Positions 53,072-64,000 of a DNA stretch of 64,000 nt are shown here, in pieces; the first letter of the stretch is position 1; each line of letters starts with the position of its first letter. The stretch lies in assembly GCF_009914755.1 (NCBI RefSeq), contig NC_060935.1. One strand, 5' to 3'. The position numbers and the translations under genes were made by a program. Origin of the DNA: the human T2T-CHM13v2.0 reference genome, Homo sapiens. The notes under the pieces were generated by a model. The model searched no databases, had not been told where the DNA came from, and saw nothing but the letters and a program-made list of their open reading frames with translations.

Positions 53072-53511
53072 TTTTTTTTTTACATTTATTTATTTATTAT
53101 TATACTTTAAGTTTTAGGGTACATGTGCAAAATGTGCAGGTTAGTTACATAGGTATACATGTGCCATGCTGGTGCGCTGCACCCACTAACTCGTCATCTA
53201 GCATTAGGTATATCTCCCAGTGCTATCCCTCCCGCCTCTCCCCACCCCACAACAGTCCCCAGAGTGTGATGTTCCCCTTCCTGTGTCCTTGTGTTTTCAT
53301 TGTTCAATTCCCACCTATGAGTGAGAATATGCGGTGTTTGGTTTTTTGTTCTTGCGATAGTTTACTGAGAATGATGATTTCCATTTTCATCCATGTCCCT
53401 ACAAAGGACATGAACTCATCATTTTTTATGGCTGCATAGTATTCCATGGTGTATATGTGACACATTTTCTTAATCCAGTCTATCATTGTTGGACATTTGG
53501 GTTGGTTCCAA
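53072..53511 (-). mobile_element. Young 5'-truncated L1 (L1PA2/L1PA3-like) 3' fragment inserted in an L2
   Basis: ttattatactttaagttttagggtacatgtgc...; ORF2 C-terminus HIYTMEYYAAIKNDEFMSFVGTWMK...IFSLIGGN*. 16-bp TSD tgtcttcttgattttc (53056-53071) / tgtcttcttcattttc (53512-53527). Diagnostic site reads GAG, so it is not L1HS-Ta. Confidence 0.95.
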
Positions 53512-55699
53512 TGTCTTCTTCATTTTCATAAAACATGTCAGTTATGTTTTCCTTACTTTTTAAAAATTATTTTATTACAATTTTTTAATGTATTTACTTT
53601 CAACTAACTCACATCATATTTTCCTTACTGCTTTGTTTGCTTGGAATGTTCTTCCCTCAGATATTTTCACTGTCGCCTCCCTCCTATGAAAAACGTTTCT
53701 GCACAAGCATTACCTCCTCAGACAGGCCCTGACCCCTATCTAAAATAATACATTTCCTCCTTCCCATTGCTGTGTTATTGTTCTTCGGAGCCTTTATCAC
53801 TCTCTGACACAATAGTACTTTTCGTATGGCTTCACTGCCCAGCCAGAAAATAAACTCCAGAAGGGCAGGGGTTCTGTCTTTGCCATTATATTTCCGGAGA
53901 CCAGGGTAGTACCTAGCACATAGGAACTGTGTGAAACATTTACTGAAAAAGCAGACAATTTAACAAGAAGAAGCTCTTTTAGTTTCGTATTAGTCTCTAA
54001 AGCCACAATACTGTTATGATACGTCTTGGGAAGGATAAAAAAATATTGTCGTCAATCACATGCCTGCATTCCTGATATTTTTGGATCATATGTAGCCAGA
54101 GTTATCCTTGATGTCTCCTTCTCCCTCACTTTTCCATTCAATCAATCACTACAGTGCATCTTTTTTTTCCCCTCCATCCTACCTCCTAGTATAAACCACT
54201 CATATTTGTTTTACGCCTGAAATGATTTCAGAACACAAGTCTTCAAGTCCCCAGTCTTACTCCTCCCTCACAGAAATGTTCTTCCGGCATTGCAGCCGGT
54301 ATAATCCTTATAAAATATAAATATAATCAAATGTTTTCTCTGCTGAAAAAACTTAAATGGTTTCCAGTGCTTTCATTATAAACACCAACCTTCTTACAGT
54401 AGCATCAATGACTCGCTCCGAGTAGCTTTTCCATTTTAACTTTTAATCAATATTCCTCCTGCACTAAACATTGTCAGATTTTATCAAAGCAACAATCTGC
54501 CTCTGTCCATGGTATTGCTCTAGCTGGAACTCTTTGGATTTTCTTTCTCTAGTTTCCTTCTCCTTCCCATAATATCCAGTCCCCATCTTTTCCTATTTTC
54601 TCACATAGATTGTAAGCTTTTCTTCCAAGATACTTTTCAGACTCCTTGCTCAAGATTAGGTTCCCTCCAGTGCACTCCATATCAACTTGGTTTTTCCTTC
54701 ATAAAATGTATTACATTTAATTTCATGTTTACTTGTTTTCTCTTCCATCTCTTCTTACCACCCATCCCTGTATTACAACCAACATTTGTTTAACTTCCCT
54801 TTCTAATCACCCCCACCCCCGCCAAAAAAAAACCCTTCAAAGTATTACTAAATCTATGTAGTAATTATTAACCCAGAGTGTCTCCAAACTGAAACACTAT
54901 TTTTCTTTTGTTCCTTTCCTGCTGGTGCCATTCTTCCCATTCCAAGGTGTTAATTATAGGAAACATAAATGAGGACATGTTGGATTTGCGTATCATGTTC
55001 TGAATGACAGAAGCATTAACATCTTTTTTTAAAAAAACCTTGATATTCATAAACTAGATGATTCATTTCAGGAAGATAAGTGAGTCCCCACTTCCTTCCA
55101 TAGACAAAGCTGCAGGCTTTCATAGAACATTCCTGATCAGATAAGCATGGCCAGATATAGTATTTTCCTGGTTCTTAAATTGCCCAGCAGTTTCTTTTGG
55201 AGCAGACCATCTGATTGGAATGGTTAAAGAACTGCGGACTGCACTATTAAGCACTTTTAAATCTACTGTCAGCAAATTATTATGGTACTCTGTTTCAGTA
55301 AAATGATGCTAACACTGAAGGGCAAGGCTGACATTTTTCCAGATGCTTGGTCTCCAGCTATGTGGAAATACTGCATTCACTTGTATGTTCTCCATAAATT
55401 CTATGCCTTCGCCTTTTGGAGATGTTTACATTTATTTTTGTACATATATTTTTCCCAGTGTCTTTCACAGTACCAATACTTCCCTAGTCTCTGAAAATTA
55501 GAGTCAGAATGGTGAAGGAACCATTTAAACGACATAGCTCTTATTTAATGTTTAGGCTAGACCTTCATTTAAGCTAGACTTTGTGCTACAGGATTGATGT
55601 ATGCCACTTAATCTTCATAATCCAGAAGGTGAGCATTGACCAACATCCTTCACCCCACATTGCTCGTCTAATTTCACCACATATTTTTACATCCCTTCC

Positions 55700-56130
55700 C
55701 CCGACCATGTTTTAAACATATCAGCAATACCTCAGGGCGTTTGCACCTAGTGTTCTCTCTTTCTGGGGTGTTTTTCCTCCATATATATCCAGGATTCATT
55801 TCTTAACCTGCTTTTAGGTCTCTATTTAAATGTCACTCATTAGTAAGGCATTTTCTACCATTCCATTAAAATTGCAATACTGAATCTTCTCCCAGATAAT
55901 AGCACCTAATTTCCCTGCTGTTCATTTTTTCTATTGCACTTTTCACCATTAAAGACACTAAAAGTATCACTAATCTATCTTGTGTATTGTCTCTTCCTCC
56001 CACTTGATGGTCACCCACCATGAATGCAGAGATTTTTTTGTCAGTGTTTGCTGCTACAGCCCAGCTCTTGGAACAGTCCCTGGAACTCAGTTTGCACTCA
56101 AGAAATATTTATTGAATGAATGAATCAATG
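55700..56130 (+). mobile_element. L2a 3' fragment
   Basis: cctcagggcgtttgcac...aaatgtcac...gcactcaagaaatatttattgaatgaatgaat. Confidence 0.75.
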
Positions 56131-56499
56131 ATTATTCTAATTTATTGGGTAAACTGAGATTATGTACTGGTAAGGTAGTACGGACAAGATTATAGGATTA
56201 GGAGGTGTCAGAGCTGTGATTTGAACAGCTCTTTGTGCCTCAAAGCTCAGGCTTTTAAAAACTTCCTTTACCACTCTTCTCACAAAAGCAAGGCTGAATA
56301 CAACAAAAGTTTTGACAACTGCAAGAGCTCATATCTTCTGTGTTTTTTCTCAATTGAACTCTGAATTCTGAGTGTGTTACTATAGTAACCCTATATACCA
56401 TCTACACCACATCGATATTCTGAGAGACTTTCTTCATCATTCTTAGGTTAATACACTCTTCCTTGTAAGGGATTGCTATAATAGTAATATTTTATATTA

Positions 56500-56750
56500 G
56501 TGCAGATCTTTAAAGTGTCTAGTGCATTTTTCCAGGCACTATATTATCTTTTTAAAAAATCTCATAACAATTTAATGAGGATTATATTACTGTCATCATC
56601 CTGATTTTACAGATGAGAAAATTGAGGCTAAGAGGTTAAAGAAATTGCTTATGTTTGTAAAGCTAAGAACAAGGGGACAGCTGGAACTTAAATTCTTGTC
56701 TGGTGTTTAAAATTCTATGTTTTTTTTTTTTTCTGGTATGCCATACTGCC
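56500..56750 (-). mobile_element. MIR SINE
   Basis: attttacagatgagaaaattgaggctaagaggttaaagaaattgc. Confidence 0.7.
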
Positions 56751-57739
56751 TTCAGCCTTCCTTCTACAGAGGTGTTCATTTTTCTTGGGCCAAATCATTA
56801 ATATGGAGGTTTTATATTGAAAGTGTCAGAAAGATGACATTGTAATACCTGTAGCCACAGGGCATTTCTACATCGGGGCAGTGGGGTCACAATATGCCTT
56901 TTTGAGCTGGGCATTTTTTGCCACTCACCATGTGACCTTGATCAAGTTATATAACTTCTCAATCTGTATCTCCCAATATTGTTATAAAAATTAGAGAAAG
57001 TCTAATTAGCAAACAGTAGGTAATATAAATTAGTAGGTAGTGAAGAGTCATAGGGTACAAACTGTTATCTAGAGCTTCTGTATTTGAGAACAAGAACAAT
57101 TTTATCAGTCATAGCTAATATTTCTATAGTTCTTTATAGTCACAGACACTTTCAAAGACATTTTCTCTTTGCAGCATCTCAACAAAACAGTGTCAAGTAA
57201 GTTTAATTCCCGTATTACCCACAAAGAAATACATTCATATAGGTTAAATAATTCATGTAAGTTCATTCTAATATGAATCATTCAGTTCCACTGCTCCAAG
57301 CTTTGAACTTGAAGTAGAATGAAAGCAACATGAGCTTCTCAATGATGCCTCTTTCTTCAACAGGGATGAATAATTATGCATTATCCTAAAAAATCCCCAC
57401 ATGTTAAGGTATGGTGTAATACATCCCCAGAGAAATACAATTTTAAAACCCAGAGGGAAATAACATTTCCGGAAAGATGTTCTCAGATATCTACTGTACC
57501 AACAGTTTGGAAATTTCTGAATAGGCATCTAAAATTAGTTTCATGTATACCTATAGATCCTTCCCTGGTTGAACACTGTCATCTTTCTTTTTTTCAAGGA
57601 AAACTTATTTTTAAGTCAAGTAAGTACATTCCAATGACAGGAACACTACACTCGTATTTTCATGTTTTAATAGTTACTAGTCCCCCATTTGCTGGTTATC
57701 TAAGCAGAGAACCTTATCATACTCTTCAGTCTATCAATA

Positions 57740-57920
57740 TATCAATAGCTAGTATTTTTCAGATGGGTCTGTGCCAGCCACCATTGTAGTACTTAAATGG
57801 ATTATAGGATCTATGCCCTTATTATTCTCTCTTATAGGTGAGGAAACTGAGGCTTGAAAGAGGTAACATGTTAATAATCACACAGCTGTTTGTTAGGTTT
57901 GAGACTGGGATGTCCATCTA
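57740..57920 (-). mobile_element. MIR SINE
   Basis: ataggtgaggaaactgaggcttgaaagaggtaac...tcacacagct. Confidence 0.65.
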
Positions 57921-59150
57921 TGGCAAAATAGGCAGTTTCTGGTTTTCTAAGTTATTAAATATCTGCATTGTTGAAAGTATTCCTGAAAAATAATTTATGC
58001 TTTTAAATTTAAGTCACTCTGTCTTTCTCTCCTCAATTCTTATAACCTTTAGCAGAATCATTATTCAGTAAAACTTTGGATTAGTAAATGTCACATTCTG
58101 CTCTCCCTTCCTTAAGGCTGCTCTCAAGCCTTGAAATAATTCTAAGAGTACAGAAAGAGGGAAAAGCAGGTCTGGAAAACTCACAAAAAGTTAACAAACT
58201 TTTGAAAACTATGATATGTATATAGAAAAGCACACCAAGAGGAACCACTCTCCTGGCTTCCAACACTCCAGGTCAGTTTTCCTGTTTTTAAATGTTGTAC
58301 AAATCGAATCAGACTATAAGGCCTGTTTGTGTCCAGATCCTTTTGTTCAACATTAAATTTGTAAGATTTATTCATGCTGTGAATTGGTTGTAATTTGTTA
58401 TTTCTCACTGTGGAATAGTATTTTATTTTGTGGATATCCCAAAATGTATTAATCCATTTCATTGTTGGACATATGGGTTGTTTCCAGTTTGGGCTATTTT
58501 GCTGCAATAACTATTCTTGTATATGTCCTTGGGTGACCATATGTATGTATTTCTATATACCTATATATCTAGGAATAGAATTGCTGGGCATGCTTAGGTG
58601 TAGTTTTAGTAGATACTGCCCAGTTTCCCAAAGTTGTTATACCCATTTATATTCCTAATAACAATAAATGAGAATTCCAATTGCATTGTAATTTTGTCAG
58701 TACTTACTTATTACCTGCCTTTTTCATTTTAGCCATACTGGTAGTGTGGTAATTACATTATAGTTTTAACTTGTACTTCACTGAATGACTTACCTAGTGG
58801 AACATATATGCTTATTGATCATTTGGTTATACTGGCTTGTAAAGTACCTATTTAAGAATTTGGCCCTTTTATTTATTGTGCTACCTGTTCTTTTTGAAAG
58901 CACAAAGTTTTAAAAAGTCAAATAGTTCTATAAGATTGGCTATAGCTCCTTGCTCCTATTCTATTCCAGAGTCAAACATTTTCTCTCCCATCTCTATAAT
59001 AACAATGATAATAATAATAATAATAATAAATAATATATTTACATTACTATTTCTAGAGTTTTTTCAGTTTTAGATGTTACCTATTGACTTCCCACCATGG
59101 AAGATGAGGAGTTCTTTTTTCGACCGCTCATCCACAGTGTGTGTGGATGA

Positions 59151-59186
<36 letters not shown>

Positions 59187-59190
59187 GCAC
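59151..59190. repeat. (CA)n microsatellite running into gtgcgcacgcac
   Basis: Read directly from the sequence. Confidence 0.9.
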
Positions 59191-60300
59191 CCAAACACTT
59201 CCCATTTCTCTATTCTGTATATTAGATCAGTATTCAGTGTTTACCTTATTATGTATATGTAAGCAATATTTATAGGTGAGCTATGAAGTTGGCTATTATT
59301 ACTTCTTTATTACACAAATGTTTGCTTTCTCTGGATTTAATGATTACCTAATTTTGTTATTGCTGTTTGTTCAGTTTTTCATTCACTCAATGTTGGGTCA
59401 ACCTCAGATTCTCTGCTAATAATAATGTCCTCCCAATACATTTACATGTATTTGATATTTTATAATGTTAATTCCATGAAATAAATTTTTCCAGAACATT
59501 CTGCCCACTTCATTCTATACTGGAAGCTCTTTCTGTCTACAACACAACTGTTTCCATGAGGTTTTTTTTCAACATCATCTCTTTTTTGTTGTTGAATCTC
59601 CTGTTCCTGAATCCTTTGTATTTATCCTTTTCTGGATTATACCCCTATCTTTATAGAACAGATTTTCAATTAACTTCTTGAGGAAGGGTGCATAGAAACT
59701 AAGTTGTTCAAATGTTGCACATCTGAAAATGTTTTTATTCTTCCTTTCTACTTAATTGATAGTTTGAACGGGTATAGAATTCTAGGTTATATAAAACATT
59801 TTTCATCAGAATATTGTAGGATTAAGTGTGTTGTCACATTTTTTAGTACAACTTTTGAGAAACTTAATATTGTCCTATTCTTGTTAATTTATATAAACTC
59901 TACCTTTCTCTCTCTGAGAAACTGTGGCCGTTTTTTCATCCTCAGGAAATTTGATGATGATGTGGCTTTGTGAGCATCTATTGTTAAATCAGTGGGCTGG
60001 AGACTTTGAAAAACCTTTCAACTTAAAAATCCCTGGTTTCATTTCTGGGACTTAAAAAAATGTCCCCTACATCTTCTCTGTTCTTTATTTTTGGAACTCT
60101 TATTATTTGGGTGTCAAACCTTTCAGATTTCTTTTCTAATTGTGTTATTACTTCTGCCTTACTTTTCATATTTTTCTTTTTATTATTATTTTTTTCTTTT
60201 TGTGGGGTGATGGAGGAGACATTTCATCAACATTATCTTCCAAATTAATTGAGTTATTCATTCAATGTAGCTACCCTGTTTCATTATTGCTTTCTGAATG

Positions 60301-60430
60301 TTTTTGAGACAGGGTCTCACCCTACCCAGTCTGGAGTGCGGTAATGCAGTAATGGCTCACTGCAGCCGGGCTCACGTGATCTTCTCACCTCAACCTCTGG
60401 AGAAACTGGGACTACATACAGGTGCATGCA
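60301..60430 (-). mobile_element. Degenerate Alu right-arm/monomer fragment (AluJ/FRAM-like)
   Basis: tttttgagacagggtctcac...ctggagtgc...atggctcactgcagcc...ctgggactac. Confidence 0.75.
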
Positions 60431-61789
60431 TTTTTCCCTTATCTTCACCTTTTCTTAAACATTCAGTAGTCCTTGGTTATCTGCTGATTTTTCAGAGTGC
60501 CACTTATGAAAAGTTGATTTAAAGCTCAGTTTACCTATGTGGGATGCTGATGTCAATGATTTTAGGTTCATTCTTTTGAACCATTCAGATCTTGTAGGGA
60601 AGAGTCTTTCTGTTTCCTAGAAATCAATCCTATAAATTAATTAAATTTCTGGAGCAATTAAACTTGATTGCTAGCATTCTGAGAGTCAGGTCGGAAGAAT
60701 AAGACAAAAGATTGTAAAATTCAGTTTGTAAATTTTTAATTAATACCCCTGTCTCAGTATAGTATTTCTGCTCTCAACTATGTTCTGACCTTTGTGGTAC
60801 CCTCTGCTGAGACTAAATCTCTAGTGTTTGCTGGGGCAAAAGAAAGGCAGTAGCCTGGCTGGGGTAAGGAAACAGCTCTGAGGAATCTAACTGCTTTTTA
60901 ATCTAGCTTCCAATTAATTTTCCTATTTTAGCTTCACTGTTCCCCATAGTTTCAGAGATACTTGATGCCACCAATTACTGAGTCCTATGCAATAAGTTGC
61001 TTCTTGGCTTTCTCCACTCCAGGCTATGAGTCATTTTCTCCTGTCTTCTAAGTGAGTTATCATTCATCCACCTCTTTTCTAGATTCCAAAATTATGTTAC
61101 TTTTATCATTTCTCCTGTGTGCTTTACCCAAGAGGGTTTATATCCTTTATAATTTGTCTTTAGTATTATCTCGTTAGAGTTTGAGGGGAAAAGTAGGGGT
61201 AAATATGATTATTTAAGCCAGTATCTTTAACCAAAAGCTAGCCCCTTAGTTCTGAAACTGTTTCTTTCCCATAGATAAAAAGTCACAAGAAGTCCTGGTC
61301 ATTGTGATAACTTATATACAATAATAATATAACTGACCATAAAGATAGTCATATGATATAAAATGTCATCCACTTTCAAAGAAAAAAGGTTAATGGAATG
61401 AATACAATTTTATTTTATACTGCATGACATTTACTCTTTACAAAAATTTATCAACAGAGACTTTCTGCAAAGATAGACATTTCCCCTTTGGAAGTAGAGT
61501 ATTTATCTAATTTCAAAGACCAATAGAGCATTATTTAAGATATTAAATGTTTGAATTATTCTTTTAAATTTGCAGGATGTTATGGGAAATTGGGACTATA
61601 AACTGCCATTCCACTAAAGATAGTTAAGTCAGAATTTTTTTTTTTTTAAGCAAGAGCTATTTCACATGAAATTTTATGTGAAATATAATTTCAAGTGATT
61701 TGGACGTGAGCTTTCAATGGTTTAAAATACGACCAATGGAATGTAAATAAGGGGAAATGGGAAATGGTAAAGGGAAATATAGTGCATAA

Positions 61790-61960
61790 TTGGGGTTGAA
61801 GGACCATCAAGATGCCACAGAGATGAGCTCTGAGATCAGTCTTATTTAACAACTTCATTAATGATCTGGAAAGAGAATTCAACAAGTTAATTAAATCTGC
61901 AGATGGTCCTTTGTGGAAGTTACAAATACCAGGGAGAACTGAGAAATAGTGTAGAAAGAC
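61790..61960 (+). mobile_element. CR1/L3 LINE reverse-transcriptase fossil
   Basis: 61812-61907 translates MPQR*ALRSVLFNNFINDLEREFNKLIKSADG, matching the CR1 RT core VPQGSVLGPVLFNIFINDL...LIKFADD. Confidence 0.75.
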
Positions 61961-62714
61961 CAGGGGGTCAAAAGCTTTGATAGCTGTGGGCACAGAAGAG
62001 CAAAATTAAATTTGGGAAGGGTAATTACAATTAAATACACTTTGTTCAATGAAAAAAGTAGTTAAACTGCAAACAACGCTGAATAGAAAACAGTAAAGCT
62101 AAAAAAAATTCTGTGGCTGATGAGCAATTTATTTAGATAAGAGCAAAGCTTTCTGACTATAGAAATAAAGTTATTTTTAAATAAAATGTACTTTATAATG
62201 TATTTGTTCTGTGCCTAATAGTCAAAAAACAGGGATTTAGTGACCTGCATTTGGCTAGTGTTAAAAAGACAGGAAAGCATTGCTCTAACTCTCAGATGTG
62301 CTTATTTTCTAGTACAGTAGATAGATTAGAAACTCATGAAAATACTCTAATATATCCTGAGATTAAGATTGGGAAATGATGGGTAGAGCAGTAGAGCATG
62401 AGGGGAACTTTTGAAAGATGACTGACTATGAAATAGTTGACTTCCACTTTTAAATATGGGTGGTTAGTGTTAACGTGCTAGGTGGTTGAGAAGATTGGCA
62501 GGTACTTTTATATCCTTTTCTGGTAGTACCTTTGACTATGGGAAGTCCTCTCAGGTCTGGGTATTGGAAGAGCTTCTTTAATTTTGAAAATGTGATCAGT
62601 AGTTAGAATTCTACCAAGGCCTGGGGGCAGTAGAGCAGACTGGATGAAGTTATAATGGTAATTATTAGAAACGGAAATCAGATATACGCAAGGGCACACA
62701 TAGGCAAAAGGTCA

Positions 62715-62950
62715 ATCACTTACTGAGTATATTGCCTGTGCCAGGATGGCTCCAAGTACTTCACATAAGTTAACTCCTTTACTTCTTACACTCATCCTAT
62801 AGGATTAGACATTATTCTTATCTCCAATTTGCTATTTAAAAAATCCTGAAACCTAGAAAATGTAAGAAAATTACATAACTTTAAGTGCTAATAAGCACAG
62901 GACAGTAGGATTCAAACCCAGGGAGCCTGCTTCTAAGATTTATATGTTTA
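62715..62950 (-). mobile_element. MIR SINE
   Basis: tactgagtatattgcctgtgccagg...ggattcaaacccagg. Confidence 0.6.
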
Positions 62951-63021
62951 TTTTCCCCAGCTATGTTATAGTATCTCTCATAGAATATTACCATAAATAA
63001 TATATACAGAACTCATGTAAG

Positions 63022-63107
63022 GTATATATACACATAAATGTATACATATATATGTATGTATATAGCCCTATATATGTGTGTATATATATGGCCGTGTGTG
63101 TGTGTGT
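63022..63107. repeat. Mixed (TA)/(TG) low-complexity repeat
   Basis: Read directly from the sequence. Confidence 0.85.
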
Positions 63108-64000
63108 TCCATTCTTTAGAGTTCTAGGGGCTTGTCCAAGACAGACTGGACCCAGAGGCATGTTTTATATGCAGCTCTTATTAGCAGAATTGTCCTTGTA
63201 TATAAAGTATGTGAACAGAATTTGTTGTCTACAGTTTCCAAAAAAAACATTATCTTAAGGAGGTGTGTATTGTATCTGGGTTAATTGATGATGGGTCTCT
63301 GGAAGGGAGACACATTAGCTAATAAACACATAGCTGAAATTACATAATTTCATAATGTCAGTCTCTACTAGTGTCACTAAGGGTAGAATCCTGAGTCATC
63401 ATGTTTTAAAATTTAAATATTAACATCTTCAAGAGTTAACACTTATGCATGCTAGAATATTCAGATATTCTATAAGCTTAGTTAAGGATATACATTGAAA
63501 ATCTTTATATTTGTCCACGAGCTACAAGTTCTCCTACCCAGAAGGAGCCAGAATCACTAGTTTCTTATATGTAGGTTAATAGGCTACCAATTGTAGTGGG
63601 ACTCAGATAGTATGTGATTGTTTAGATTGATGAGGATATCTTGGAGAGGTATATACAAGGGATATTAAATGGATTTGAGAGACTGAAAGTAAATTTCACA
63701 GTTCTATTTGTTAATAGCTAGCATGGACAAATTACCTATGAAAAGTGTACAGAAAACCATTAAGAAATAGAAAAATGATTAAAAAGGACAGCTGTATTGG
63801 AAAGCAACAAGTTAGGAAGGAGAAATCTAGAAGATTAATACTGAGAAGAGCTGCCTGGGGTGACTGACAGCTTTAGCCTCACCATATCTGCCCTCTCTTT
63901 GAAACTAGTCAGAATTTCTCAAGCTTCTCCAAATGAGATCCTGAGTTAAGAAGAATTCTGTGTTTGTAATAAGGTGAGGTGGTTTGAACTGAAACTTAAT

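Larger units (their letters stand above)
52380..53950 (+). mobile_element. Long L2 relic hosting the 5S pseudogene and the L1PA2/3 insertion
   Basis: tcctgattttccccc...tctccactgctatcaccc...aatggcctataaggccc...ctccagaagggcagggg...acctagcacatagg. Confidence 0.7.
58190..61240 (-). mobile_element. Patchwork of ancient L1M/L1ME(HAL1-like) fragments
   Basis: ttggacatatgggttgtttccagtttgggctatt, ggaatagaattgctggg, tctgaaaatgtttttattc...gatagtttgaacgggtatagaattctagg; minus-strand ORF with PNWKQPICP and KYYSTVRNNKL. Confidence 0.6.

Noticed and set aside
57376-57789. 137-aa ATG ORF
   Set aside because: No recognisable domain or splice context, runs into a MIR, and is compatible with chance.
63580-63900. 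Possible further CR1/L3 or other ancient LINE fragment
   Set aside because: Similarity is too weak to support by eye.

Overview
Primate (human-like) genomic DNA: AT-rich, CpG-depleted and dense in Alu, L1, L2, MIR, MaLR and MER repeats. The window is almost entirely intronic. The only protein-coding sequence I can support is one 96-nt, phase 1-1 internal exon on the + strand (39500-39595). It encodes an EGF-like module, (A)[31 protein letters not shown](D), which I recognise as NELL1; the supplied ORF track misses it. Other contents: a full-length ~7 kb antisense L1PB-type element, a 5'-truncated older L1PA, a short young L1PA2/3 3' fragment, six near-full-length Alus plus one fragment, several MLT1 solo LTRs, hAT-type MER elements, L2/MIR relics, a CR1/L3 reverse-transcriptase fossil, a retroposed 5S rRNA pseudogene and several microsatellites. 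Nearly all listed ORFs are repeat-derived or chance. I found no demonstrably new biological system. The best hypothesis is an antisense ORF in the L1 5' UTR with a phase-1 splice donor that would join the NELL1 exon in frame. Other leads are a repeat-free, motif-rich block with a possible intronic poly(A) site just downstream of the exon, and Alu pairing across the exon. Repeat subfamily names and boundaries come from visual recognition and are approximate.
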